The position numbers and the translations under genes are program-made. A DNA stretch of 63,316 bases, counting the filler, from Octopus bimaculoides (lineage: Eukaryota): the NCBI RefSeq assembly GCF_001194135.2. It is 3 parts of 2 records of this genome, joined end to end, with 100 filler letters (N's around TTAATTAATTAA, not from the genome) between each part and the next. Parts side by side here need not be neighbours in the genome. Positions count along the whole stretch, not along the records: positions 1 to 29,096 come from NC_069005.1; 2 more parts are not named here. One strand, given 5' to 3'. Of the stretch, positions 1 through 13,553 are shown piece by piece. The notes beneath the pieces were generated by a model. The model ran no database searches. It had not been told where the DNA came from and saw only the letters and a program-made list of their open reading frames with translations. Each line of letters starts with the position of its first letter. Position 1 is the stretch's first letter.

Positions 1-375
1 TCTCATTGCGTGGTGACATCAGTTGGCCCGCCCGATCACCTGATTTAAATCCTTGCGATTTTTACCTCTGGGGATACCTCAAGTCAAAGGTATACATTAA
101 TCGCCCTCGATCTATTGAACAACTTAAAGATGCCATTCGTCAAGAAATTGCTGCCATTCCTCATGAAATGATCCGCCGAGTTATGGACAACTTTCATGAA
201 CGCCTTCGACAGTGTGTGGACAATGACGGCTCCCATTTGACTGATTTAATTTTTAAAACCAAATGAAACAAAATGGCATTATATGTACTTTCAAAAATAA
301 ATTATTTTTTTTGTTTCGTTACTTTTTTTTTTTTTTTTAATCCAAAAATGTGTCAGATCATTTTGCCGGACCCTA
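1..375 (+). mobile_element. Tc1/mariner-superfamily transposon 3' end (transposase C-terminus plus right TIR)
   Basis: WPARSPDLNPCDFYLWGYLK motif (6-266). Ends at ...gccggacccta, followed by a TA run. Confidence 0.85.
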
Positions 376-684
376 TATATGCACACACACACACACTCAT
401 ACATAAATATATATACATACTAATGCCGTTTTTATGTTAAGTTATAATAAAAACAATTTTATATTAAACTGAAGGATTACTCAGTACTTTTTGTAGAGTA
501 CATAGTTATTATTTGTTAACAGGAATTGTGATGACAGTGAATTCAAAGTCACTTTCAACGCTATTCTTGTTCAAGAATAATAAATATACATACATGTACA
601 TACATACATAAGTATACATACATGTATATAATATATATACACACACACATACATACACACATGTGGGGGCCATTCTGAAGCATG

Positions 685-716
<32 letters not shown>

Positions 717-1013
717 CATACATATATATAAATACACACACACATACATATATACAAACATGTTCTTATGTACAAAAAAAAAAAATTCTTAAACATGTCC
801 CCAACCCTATTCCACTCCAAAATATTAATTTTAGTTATTTTTGTTTTGTTTTGTTTTAGTTCTAAAATTTTTCATTTTTGTTTTCAACCAGCAGCAAATA
901 AAGAAATAAAGGAGAGAGAAAAAAGTTTTAAAAATAATTTTCTTTGATTCCAATGTAGATTTCTTATTTGTATTATTGTTGATGCTCATGTTGTTTTAAG
1001 CTCTCATGCGATG

Positions 1014-1019
1014 TTTATT
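1014..1019 (-). promoter_or_regulatory. Candidate polyadenylation signal for NUDT9
   Basis: AATAAA on the minus strand about 810 nt past the stop, with a T-rich tract further downstream. The intervening sequence is mostly N. Confidence 0.25.
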
Positions 1020-1826
1020 TGTCTCATATATGTTGNNNNNNNNNNNNNNNNNNNNNNNNNNNNNNNNNNNNNNNNNNNNNNNNNNNNNNNNNNNNNNNNN
1101 NNNNNNNNNNNNNNNNNNNNNNNNNNNNNNNNNNNNNNNNNNNNNNNNNNNNNNNNNNNNNNNNNNNNNNNNNNNNNNNNNNNNNNNNNNNNNNNNNNNN
1201 NNNNNNNNNNNNNNNNNNNNNNNNNNNNNNNNNNNNNNNNNNNNNNNNNNNNNNNNNNNNNNNNNNNNNNNNNNNNNNNNNNNNNNNNNNNNNNNNNNNN
1301 NNNNNNNNNNNNNNNNNNNNNNNNNNNNNNNNNNNNNNNNNNNNNNNNNNNNNNNNNNNNNNNNNNNNNNNNNNNNNNNNNNNNNNNNNNNNNNNNNNNN
1401 NNNNNNNNNNNNNNNNNNNNNNNNNNNNNNNNNNNNNNNNNNNNNNNNNNNNNNNNNNNNNNNNNNNNNNNNNNNNNNNNNNNNNNNNNNNNNNNNNNNN
1501 NNNNNNNNNNNNNNNNNNNNNNNNNNNNNNNNNNNNNNNNNNNNNNNNNNNNNNNNNNNNNNNNNNNNNNNNNNNNNNNNNNNNNNNNNNNNNNNNNNNN
1601 NNNNNNNNNNNNNNNNNNNNNNNNNNNNNNNNNNNNNNNNNNNNNNNNNNNNNNNNNNNNNNNNNNNNNNNNNNNNNNNNNNNNNNNNNNNNNNNNNNNN
1701 NNNNNNNNNNNNNNNNNNNNNNNNNNNNNNNNNNNNNNNNNNNNNNNNNNNNNNNNNNNNNNNNNNNNNNNNNNNNNNNNNNNNNNNNNNNNNNNNNNNN
1801 NNNNNNNNNNNNNNNNNNNNNNNNNA

Positions 1827-1939
1827 TCACCAGCTGCCATTCAAGTCATTTGCTACTTTTTTCATAAACTCCCTGTGGTTAGCGTAAAGTTTGAGGTTTT
1901 GTGCTATATCAAGCCATTTCACACTGACAGCATCATCCC
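1827..1939 (-). CDS. NUDT9: NUDT9 last coding exon ([37 protein letters not shown])
   Basis: Acceptor ttgtttcag|, TGA at 1829-1827. The 3' UTR runs into an N gap. Confidence 0.93.
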
Positions 1940-4900
1940 CTGAAACAATAAGAAACATTAATTAATAAAATGAAAGTAATTCATCGTCATCATCATCATC
2001 ACCATCACCACCACCACCACCATCATCATCATCACCACCACCACCACCACCACTACCACCATCATCATTTAATGTCAGTTTTCCATGCTGGTATGGGTTG
2101 GACGGTTTGACCGAAACTAATGAGGCCAGAGGCCACATCAGGTTCCACTGTTTGTTCTGGCAGGGTTTCTATGGCTGGATGCCCTTTTTAACAATGACCA
2201 CTCCATAGAGTGTGCTGGGTGCTTTTAAGGTGGCACCAACACATGTGCTTTTTATGTAGCACCAGTGCCAGTATCAATTCTTCTGTAGTATATGGGTCTT
2301 CTCGAGTACTGGTCCTTGGTCATCTCCCCTCCATAATGCTCAGTGTCTTGAGATCAGCCTTCAATACACTAATTGTGGTTATTCTTGTTATTTAGTGCCA
2401 GTACATGTGTGATCTGAAGCATTCCTGTTATGATCATCTTTCTTTTTCGCTCCAAACATAAGGTATTTTGGGTTACATTAATTAATGCATCTGTGTTTTC
2501 TTAAGATAGCAAAGTAAGGTTTGAGAAATGTCTGGATGTTTCTACTTAGGGAGAGGTTTGAGAGATATCTGGCTCATACTACTCAAATTCTCTTTTGTTA
2601 AGCAGTATCATTCTCACCCACCAACACCACCACCACACACCCATGAGGAGAACTTCTGCATGATTGCTTGACCAACTAGAAAAAGTACCCAACAGACTTC
2701 AGAAAGAACAGACTAGATAATGTAATCTTAGATAAATTATGTTTAAAAAATATAAGATAATCACAGCTACAATGTCTATGATCAAAAATCTAAAAGATTA
2801 CAGATGATCTGCATCAATATAGATTACAGATGATTAGAGACAGTCTGTGATCTACACCAATAGATCTAAGTGGTAAGAGGTCAAATCAGAGTAGGTATGT
2901 GATCTGAGAGAGAGAGAGAGATTAAGCTGCTATTTCTAGCAGATCAAGAGGCTATATGGAAGCTCCATCACTGGCTCAAAGGTAATGGTGATGGCACTGA
3001 GTATGTTAGTGGTGATGGTGATAATGGTTGTAGTGATGATGATGTTGAGGTATATAAGGATCAAGTTGATGATAAAGACGATGGTGATAATAGTTGCAAT
3101 GACTGTAATGCTGATAATAATGATGATGGAGATGATGAATCTCTGTTAAAATACTCACCAGCAGTTAGTGTTAAATTAGCCACACTAGTTCCATTGTCAT
3201 CGTGGAAATTCATAGCAACTGTTTCAATCCAAGAATTGTCTGTGTTCCTGATATCATCCACATAACCTTTATATACCTAAGTATAGATGAACAAAAACAA
3301 CAGGAGAAGATGACAACAGTTGAACATGGCAACAGAACATGATAACAGTTGAACATGGCAACAAATAAACATAGCAACAAATGAACATGGCAACAAATAA
3401 ACATTGCAACAGGTGAACATAGCAACAGGTGAACATGGTAACAAGTGACCATGGCAAAAGATGAATTGGGGTACAGGACAATGAGTAAACACAAATAGAT
3501 GAGCATAGCAACAAGAGAATAGAACTGATAATAGAGCAAAGTGAATACATGCTTTGCAGTTGTTTACCCACGGGTCAACCTCAGTGTATATAGGACTACA
3601 TTATGCAATGTATCCTTTATCTTTTTAGAAAGTAGGGGTAATTTGAGGGACATGCAGCTATTTTAGCAGGATGTGTAATCAAAGAGGTTCCCTTGTTTGT
3701 TGATTTTTCCTTGAAAGTTATTTATTTGATGTAGTTGTTAGTTGATTTTGCAGCTGAATGGGTGTCTCTTTCTATCAGAACACCTGTACTTCAGACCCTG
3801 TGGTCAGTAGTCCTGCAGTCCGGTAATGTATCCTCACACCCACCACATGACAGCAATATAAAACCATGCATAATTTTACCACTGTTCACTTATTCCTGCA
3901 CAAAGGAACTCAGTTACAAGTATTCCTCCAAACTTTCACTCATCTGTGTTTTTTTTTCCCTGCTGATATTGATTTCTTCTAACAATTGTTCGGACTGGAC
4001 ATCGGCCAAACTAATCTGACCCATGTAGGAGGAGTAGAGACAACAACAATCACATGGATTGACACATTCACATGACTAGTTTAATCTTTTAGCATTTAAA
4101 CTGACCACACCAGGCTCAAATATTCTACCTGTTTTATGTTCAAACTGACCAGATCTGACCTCTCACACCTACCTTATAATGTCATTTTACAAATAAACAA
4201 TCATCGTCATCATCATCATCATCATTATCATCATCATCGTTTAACGTCCGCTTTCCATGCTAGCATGGGTTGGACGATTTCACTGAGGACTGATGAACCA
4301 GAAGGCTGCACCAGGCTCCAATCTGATCTGGCAGAGTTTCTACAGATGGATGCCCTTCCTAACGCCAACTGCTCCGAGAGTGTAGTGGGTGCTTTAATAT
4401 CATTTAAATCTCAAAATTACGAGATAATGTGAAAGAATAAGGATTACATTTGAGTAATCCGACACATGTGTGTGTCTGTATGCGTGTGCAGTTGTGTGTA
4501 TGCGTGCATGCAGGTATGTCTCACTGTTGTGGTTGTTCTTCTTTTGACCAAAGTCTTTACTGATCAAGCTGACTTATAATCTGGTTTGGCCATACCATCT
4601 TTTACCATCTTTTACAGATAACTCAAGACTGCTGTTCAAACACATGCTTCCGGTCACTCTGAGTTATTTTGGTTAGCTCATTTTTGTGGCTGTGTGGTGA
4701 GAAGCTTGCTTCCCAACCACATGGTTCTGGGTTCAGTCCTACTGTGTGGCACCTTGGGCCGACCAAAAACTGAGAGTAGATTTGAAAGAAGCACACTGTA
4801 TGTGCGTGTGAGCGTGTCTTTATGTTTATGTTTGTCCCCCACGACTGACTGACAACCAGTGTTGGTGTGTTTATATCCTCAGAATTTAATGATTTGGCAA

Positions 4901-7900
4901 AAGAGACTGATAGAATAAGTATTAGGCGTAAAAAAGAAATTCTGGGGTTGATTCGTTCAACTAGAATCTTTCAAAGCAGTGCTCCAGCATGGCTGCAGTC
5001 AAATGACTGAAACAAGTAAACGAATAAAAGAAAATGAATAAGAATATTACCTAGGCTACAAATTTGTTCACTCTTTTTTGTATAAGTCCCTTGGCTACCA
5101 GAGTCAAGATTGGATAAGTGTTGTGCTGATGATGCCTCTCAAGGTAGAAACATGTGTCCATGACTAGTTTCTATTCTCCAGACAATAAGCCAGTCCTATA
5201 CTCTAATAACATGTCAACTTTGGAGAATTTGCCATTCTCGAGACATAGTCCATTTTCCATGTGGAGCTGGTCTTATTAAGCGAAGATAATTTGAATAAAT
5301 CAAGAACTTATGCTGTATGGTATTTGATATACCTGTATTATCCAACACATCCATGCTTAAAATGCTATATTTTGGCTGGTATTTTTAGGTTGAATGGTTA
5401 CATAGATCCTCTATAATTGGTTAGTGTGTATGTATTTGCATGTTTCCATGAGTATGTGTATATGTATGTACACCAAGAATTTAGTTAAAGCACGCAAATG
5501 TCCCCACCAAACTCACCTCTTTGCCATTTCTAAAAAAGACTTTTAAGCATTTCCGTAGTTTGTCTCGCTTCTCAGGTGTTAAATTTAAGGCATTCAAAGC
5601 TTCTTCACTAAATTCTCGTTGTAGTGTGGTAGTTACCAATTCTCCAGCATCAACCATACCCTGAGAAAAAGAAACATATACATATACATATGCACATACA
5701 CCAACTCATACATGGGTGTCACGGGTGGGTGTTATTTACATGGTACCACCAACGACCATGATTCCTGGGTGCCAATTTACATGGCAGCAGTATTGACCAC
5801 AACAATTCACAGGTACCATTTACATGGTACCATCAATGACCATGACTACAATTCATGAGTGTCATTTACATGACACTGACAAGGTCACAACTGTGATTTC
5901 ACTTGGCCTGACGGGTCTTCTCATGCACAGCATATCGCCAGAGCCCTCGCTCACTTATCACCTCTGAGAGGCCCAACATTCAAAGATCATGCTTCACCAT
6001 CTTGTCCCATGCCTTCCTGGGTCTACCTCTTTCACAGGTTCCCTACACAGTTGGAGATTGGCAAACAGGAAAACGGAACTCAAAATATAAGTACATATAT
6101 TTTTTTATTATTAACCCTTTAGTATTTATAATGGTCATATCTGGACAAAATATCCTACTCGTTTTTATGTTAAAACCAGCCAGATCTGGCTTCTCACCCC
6201 TACCATACAATGTCATTCTAAAAATATGCAATCACATCATTGAAATCTCAAAACAGTAAGAGAATACATAATTAATTGAGAACTACGTGGATAAATAAGT
6301 ATTACATTCAACAAAGTAATCAGAATGCTAAAGGGTTAATAACTGGCAATGAGCTGTAAGGAATGCTTGATAGGACAGAAAGGGTTACAAGCATAAACAG
6401 AATGCCTATACACACACACACATATATACATACACACACACACACACACACATATATACATAAAGGCGGTGAGCTGGCAGAAACGTTAGCACACCGGGCG
6501 AAATGCTTAGCGGTATTTCGTCTGCTGATACGTTCTGAGTTCAAATTCCGCCAAGGTCGACTTTGCCTTTCATCCTATCAAGGTCGATTAAATAAGTACC
6601 AGTTATGCACTGGGGTTGATATAATCGGCTTAATCCGTTTGTCTGTCCTTGTTTGTCCCCTCTGTGTGTAGCCCCTTGTGGGTAGTAAAGAAATAACACA
6701 CATATATACATACACACACACACACACANNNNNNNNNNAAAACCAGCCAGATCTGGCTTCTCACCCCTACCATACAATGTCATTCTAAAAATATGCAATC
6801 ACATCATTGAAATCTCAAAACAGTAAGAGAATACATAATTAATTGAGAACTACGTGGATAAATAAGTATTACATTCAACAAAGTAATCAGAATGCTAAAG
6901 GGTTAATAACTGGCAATGAGCTGTAAGGAATGCTTGATAGGACAGAAAGGGTTACAAGCATAAACAGAATGCCTATACACACACACACATATAAATATAT
7001 ATATATAATCATTATCATCATCATTGTTTAATGTCCACCTTTCATGCAGGCATGGGTTGGACAGTTTGACAGCGGCCAGTCAGGTGGAAGATCACCCCAG
7101 GCTACTGTGTCTGTTTTGGCAGGGTCTTTACAGCTGGATGCCCTTCCTAACACCAACTACTTCACAGAATGGACTGAGTGCTTTTTATGTGGCACCAACA
7201 CTGGTGAGGTCAGTTTCGACATGGTTTTTATAGCTGAATGCTCTTCCAAATGCCAACCACTTCACAGTGTGGAGTGGATGCTTTTTATGTGGCACCAACA
7301 CCAGCAGGGTCACCAACTAACTTGCAAGACATGGAATATTGAGAAGGGGTATTAGAGAAGGGGATCTTGTGTCAGATGATGAAAGAGTAAAGTGAAACAG
7401 AGAGGAAGAAACAAGTGTCTTACTATAGAGGAGGTGCATACCTGGCCAGAGAAAGAGAGAGGGGGGGGAGAAAGAATTTCTGAACTAAATTTTCTACAGC
7501 CAGATGCTCTTTCTATTTCTAACCCTCACCTGTTTCTTACCACAGCCACACTTGCGCCTATGGCCTCGCCTGTGCCTAATGCATATATATTTACATGCAC
7601 AAACAGATGTACACACATGGACACATTTTTCCATTTGAGTGGAGTGTAATGAGAGGAATGAAGAGTGTAGAACGAATAGCATGGGTAGAAAATGGTTGGA
7701 TGATGCATTGTGACTATGTGTACTCCAGCAGAGTATAGCTGAGTCGATTGTAACGAGATGGTACATGTTCCAGTAGATCATGGATGAGCGGAGTGCAGTG
7801 AATATGGCTAAATGTTGGAGTCATAGAGGGTAGTTCGGTAGTACATAGTTATCATTAGTCTTTTAGCATTTAAACTGGCAATATCTGGCCGAGATATGCC

Positions 7901-8600
7901 TCCTGTTTTAAGTTCAAACTGGCTGGGTCTAACCCCTCAGACCTACCCTACAGTTTCATCCTAAAAACAGACAATCACACCATCAAAATCTCAAAGCTAT
8001 GAGATAATACATGATAAATTCAAAGTAATATGAATGAATAAGCTTTACATTTGGCAGAGTAATTTGAATGCCAGAGGATTAAAAAATATAAAAGTGTTTA
8101 CCCCAGGAATGGCCCAGTCACCAGTGTCTCGTCTTTGAATGGCAATAAACTGTAGTACAGGTTTACCATCATGACCTCTGACCTTGTCTCCATCGACCAC
8201 CTTCCACCTGGGAGAAAAAGAAGAGATCAAATTTGAATAGTTGTACAACAGATGTGTATACATATAAATACAAATATATTAATGTAAACTCATGCAGATG
8301 TTTTTATACACTCAGACAGACATATTCACATAAATACACTAATGAAGGTGCATGGCCTAGTGGTTAGGCTGTTGCACTCATGATCACTAGACCATGGGTT
8401 TGATTCCCTTACCAGGAGTTGTGTTGTGTTCTTGAGCAAGACACTTCATTTCATGTTGCTCCAGCCCCCTTTTTGATCAGGAGGAAAAAATATTGGCCTG
8501 CTCGCCTAGCCAGTGAGGTGGCATCATTTGAAGGCTAAAACAATGCAAAAAGTGCATCGTGACCAGTGATGTGTAACAACATCTGACAACCTAGTCAGAT

Positions 8601-8639
<39 letters not shown>

Positions 8640-11048
8640 CGTGCGTGTGTGTGCATGTGTGTGTCACACTTATACACACACATATACATTCAGAGTAAAG
8701 ATAAAGAGTAGAATATACAAATTGTAATTATACACCCTAAAGATGAGCTATATCCTTTAAAAAGTGTGTGTGTGTGTGTGTGTGTGACAAATCCGCCATA
8801 AAGTACATACCAACTAATATTTAACCCATTAAATCCTGTAAGTCAATGGTTCTCAACTGGGGTCCATGCAAGCAAAATAGTAATTTTGGGATCAACAGTA
8901 TTATTTTAAGGATCCATGAAAAATTTTTTCTTTAGATGTATTTATTACAAGAAACAGCGAGGTTTCTTTCTCTAACACTTAACATAGTTTTACATTTTCT
9001 TGCTAATGTATGCAGGTGAACGTGTGAAAAACTAAATAGGAATTTTGAAAGAACTATCTATAAGACTAGTTTTTTAAATGTCAAATAGCTATGGGGTGTC
9101 CACCAGCATAAAATAGTAATTAAAGCGGTCCATAGATAAGAAATGGTTGAGAACCACTGCTGTAAACCATAAAATTTTTGATGAATTGATGGTAACAAAC
9201 TACCTTGAGCTAGATTCAATTATATATATGACCCTTAACCCTTTATCATTCAGATTACTATATCAAATGCAATGCCTAATTTACATTGTTTGGAATTGAT
9301 CATGTTTTATCTTGTTTGAGGTAGTATCAAAGCATTCCTGGACTAGTTCTGTAGCATGCCAACAGATGGCAGCATGTGGTTGCATGTGCAGTGAGAGCTA
9401 ACAGTGACCTTCACGAGGCAGTGTGCTGAGTGACATTGCTCTGTTTACTTCACAAGTTGAGAAATTTGTGTTTTTGTGCTGTAGCTTGTGATTTTTGTCA
9501 TGGAGAGGAAGTTGGAACAAATAGCCAACATGCTCTGTTTACCTTGATATGAGATCACTGTGTTGCACACATATGGTTGTGATGCATGTGCCTGGTGTAC
9601 TCTTATCAGACAAGTAGTCACAATGGGTATATTGCGCTTTGTATATTTGTACCCCTGTACCACTTGATGGCATGAATTACTCTCTCACTTCATAATAATA
9701 ACAGGAGCACTCAGAGAGCCCAAACCTCCACCAAGGCAACACCAACGTCCTCTCAATGATTATCCGGAGATGATTTTTAAAATGAGAATATCTGAAATAA
9801 GCTTGACTGCTCTCACAAACGAGGATACTAAAAATGAACCCGACCGCTCTCAAAAATTAAGTAAAAAAAACAGGAAAAATAATCCAGAATCCCAAAATCT
9901 AATCAGTTTGTGTCAGTCACGAGGCCAACCATCCCTAAAAGTTTCATCCGAATCCATCTAGCGGTTCTTGAGATATCTTGTCCATGGACAAACAAACATA
10001 ACTGAAAACAATACCTCAGCCTTCACTAAGGCGGAGGTAACAACAACAACCCTGAACTAGACGAAGAACCTGAAGCCACTGCCACAAAACAAGCAAAACG
10101 GATCAAGCTGACTGCAAAATGAATGGTGGAGACAGAAGCCTCTGCATGGACAACATATATTTCGAAGTCGAAATGCTGGCGCAGACCAAGCAACAACCCA
10201 CCAGTGGCTGAGAAGTTCGCGACTGAAAGCAAAGATTGAAGGTTTCATATTGGCAGCACAAGATCAAAGCTTGCTTACCAAAAACTACCATTTCTTCAAA
10301 ACGGTTCTGACCCTAAATGCAGATTCTGAGATACGTTTGATGAAACAATAGACCATCTCATCTCGGGACATCCAGTGCTGACACCAAATGAATACAAAAA
10401 TTGTCACAATAGGGTGGGACAGTATTTACATTAGAAAATAAGTAAACACTACAAAATCAGCCCTCCTGCTTACTGGTAAGAACATGATCCTGAGCTGGTC
10501 GTTGAAGGTAAAAATGTCACTATCCTCTGGGATTTTCCAGTCAACACCGACAGAACTACCCAGGCTAATTGGCCAGACATAATTATTAAAAACAGGGAGG
10601 AAAATACTTGTAGACTAATAGATGTAAGTGTTTCCTCTGATAAAAAATATATCTATAAAGGAATTTGACAAATTAAGTAAATATAAGGACCTGGAAATTG
10701 AAATACAAAAGATGAGGCATCTTAAAGTGAAAACTGTTCCTGTTATTGTAGGTGCTCTAGGTATGATAAGAAAGGGATGTCAGAAACATGTAGATAAGAT
10801 CCCAGGAGACCCAAGTCTCAGAGAAATCCAAAAGATTGTGCTGACAAGTACTGCATACATTCTTAAAAAAAACCCTATCATTTTAAATGTCTGTGTTGTA
10901 TTGCATGAAGACATTTTACTACTACCCCTGCCGCTTCCCCTCCCCAAGCTTTCAGTCATATTGTAATATCTCTTATCCTTCACTCGCCCTAGGACGCTGG
11001 GTGTGTCTTGGCAAGTGATTGTAACAAACATGCAGATTAAAAGTAAAA

Positions 11049-11108
<60 letters not shown>

Positions 11109-11664
11109 TCAGGGCAGATGGATAAGACATGTTTGAATGAAAGATGACCACATTCAAAAACTTCTTTTGTATGGCCAACAAGTAGAGGGATACTGTGGTA
11201 AAGGAAGACCTGTCCAGAGGTATAAGGATAAGTTGAAACAATCACTAAAATCTCTGCAAATCTCTACAGCTTAATTTGATATCTTGGGAAAGTTATTGCC
11301 TTGATTGATCTGCATGGTGTAAAATGTGTCATGATGCATCAAAACAACTTGAATTAAAGAAACAGAACAATAAAAGAATTATATCCTGCAACCAACAGAC
11401 ACATTTGCTCAGTTCCAGGCAAAATCAAAATCATTAGTGCCCCCATTGAGCAAAATCTATTCCTGGACTCAAACTACATTCAAGCCACCATCGCAAATAG
11501 ATGTAGCTTCTTTTATTATCTTATTTTTAAAGTTGTTTTTCCTTTGTCTCACATTTTCTCTCTTTTTCTTCTTAAATCCTCTCCTTCAAACACTCATACA
11601 TGAAAATCAGTGTGAGTAACCATCACTAATAATAATAATAATAATAATCATGATAATGATGATG

Positions 11665-11705
<41 letters not shown>

Positions 11706-11815
11706 CCTTTCTACTTTAAGTACAGGGCCTGAAATTTTGGGGGAGAGGGATAATCAATTATATTGGCCCCAGTACTCAACTGGTACTTATTTTATTGACT
11801 CCCCCAAAAGGATGA

Positions 11816-11859
<44 letters not shown>

Positions 11860-12490
11860 GAGTAACCTTGTAATGATAGGGTCAGCAGCATGATTAGGTC
11901 CCCAACGACCTAGTAGTCCACGACCTTTGATACCTGTTCTACCATGTGGGTTCCTGCAAAAATGACAATAAACAAGAAAAAGAAAATAAAAAAAATATTA
12001 AGCAAAAAAGGAACAATGAGGTGAAACATTTATGTTAATGAAGGGATCTCTTTGAGGTTACAAGGCCTAAAAGAAATAACAGTGAAATATCCTTCAAATC
12101 CCATTCGACCATCCTCAAAAGGAAGGACATTTAATAATGTGGTCTTGGATGTGTTATGCTTATAAATAAGATGGGTTGTCATGGTTGGAAAGTCTTTGGT
12201 GTTTGGTCATCTGGCTCAGGAGTAACTATAATGACAAACGGAAGGATATATTAGATATTATGATTCTAGATACACAATGTCTGGATAAAAGACAGGATGG
12301 CCATGGTTAGGAAGCTTTATATATACATAGGCGCAGGTGTGGTTGTATAGTAAGAAAATTGCTTCCCAACCACATGGTTCCAGGTTCAGTCCCACTGTGT
12401 CCTTGGGTAAATGTCTCCTGCTCTATACATAAAGCATAAGGCTCTGGTAGATGGAAATGGAAAGAAGCCCATTGTATATATATCTCTTTC

Positions 12491-12523
<33 letters not shown>

Positions 12524-13096
12524 AGTTGTGTATGTCTCCTTGCTTTGACTGCATGACAGTGAGTGTCCCTGGCATACAAGTGGTGTCCTTCATTCCAGTC
12601 TTCTGTGATAATCATGTCTGGTCATAGAGAAACATTATTTGGAAACAGGCGAGGGTTGGTAACAGGAAGAGCATCTGGCTGTAGACTATCTGCCTCAACA
12701 AATTCCATCTGACACATGCGAACATGGAAAAGTGGATGTTAAATAGCTGATGATGATACATACATACATACATACAGAGACCAGTTGAGTTAACTAGGAA
12801 TTCTCTATGAGGTCACTCATTCTGCTAAAAACAGCAGTTAAATTTTCATTAAATGAAAGAATCATCTTAAAGAAAAGAAGGACAGGCTTTGCAGTGTAGC
12901 CCTGCCTTACATATACCATATCTAAATAAAGGGAATTGTTTTTTGATCATAGGTGTTCAGAACCAAAGCTGACCTGTGGTTAAACGACAATGACATGAAG
13001 AACACTGGATGTCAAACACTGCAGACAGGTGTTTATAACAGTTTGCTGAGTAGAAGTTATTTAAAGGTGACAAATTAAATGCTGCTACCGCTGTTG

Positions 13097-13155
<59 letters not shown>

Positions 13156-13521
13156 GTCACCGCTGCCACCACTGCTACCACCACTACCACCATAGCTTTC
13201 AGGAAGATAACTGTAGTTTTGTAAGAGCAGCTGTCATTTTACAGCTGGATGGATGTTTGCCCTATAGCTGTAAAGAGTCCTGTAAAGTAGGGGATGTTTT
13301 GGGACGTAGATGTGTTATAATCAAATCCGGGAAACTGGAGCAAAAGCCAGTGCCATGGGTTGTAGAGCATGGAATGACATCATCAGCAGAGTCTGATTTC
13401 CAGTGGCACCCACAACAAATTGGTTGAGAGGACAGCCTCCCCCTCTGGACACCTGTTAGGGATTAAAGAAGAAGAAGAAGGCGAAGAAGAAGAAGAAGAA
13501 GAAGAAGAAGAAGAAGAAGAA

Positions 13522-13553
<32 letters not shown>

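Noticed and set aside
6739-7000. Near-exact tandem duplication of about 6173-6420
   Set aside because: It starts right after a 10-N gap, typical of unmerged contig or haplotype overlap. The same applies to 21039-21070 and 32600-32770.
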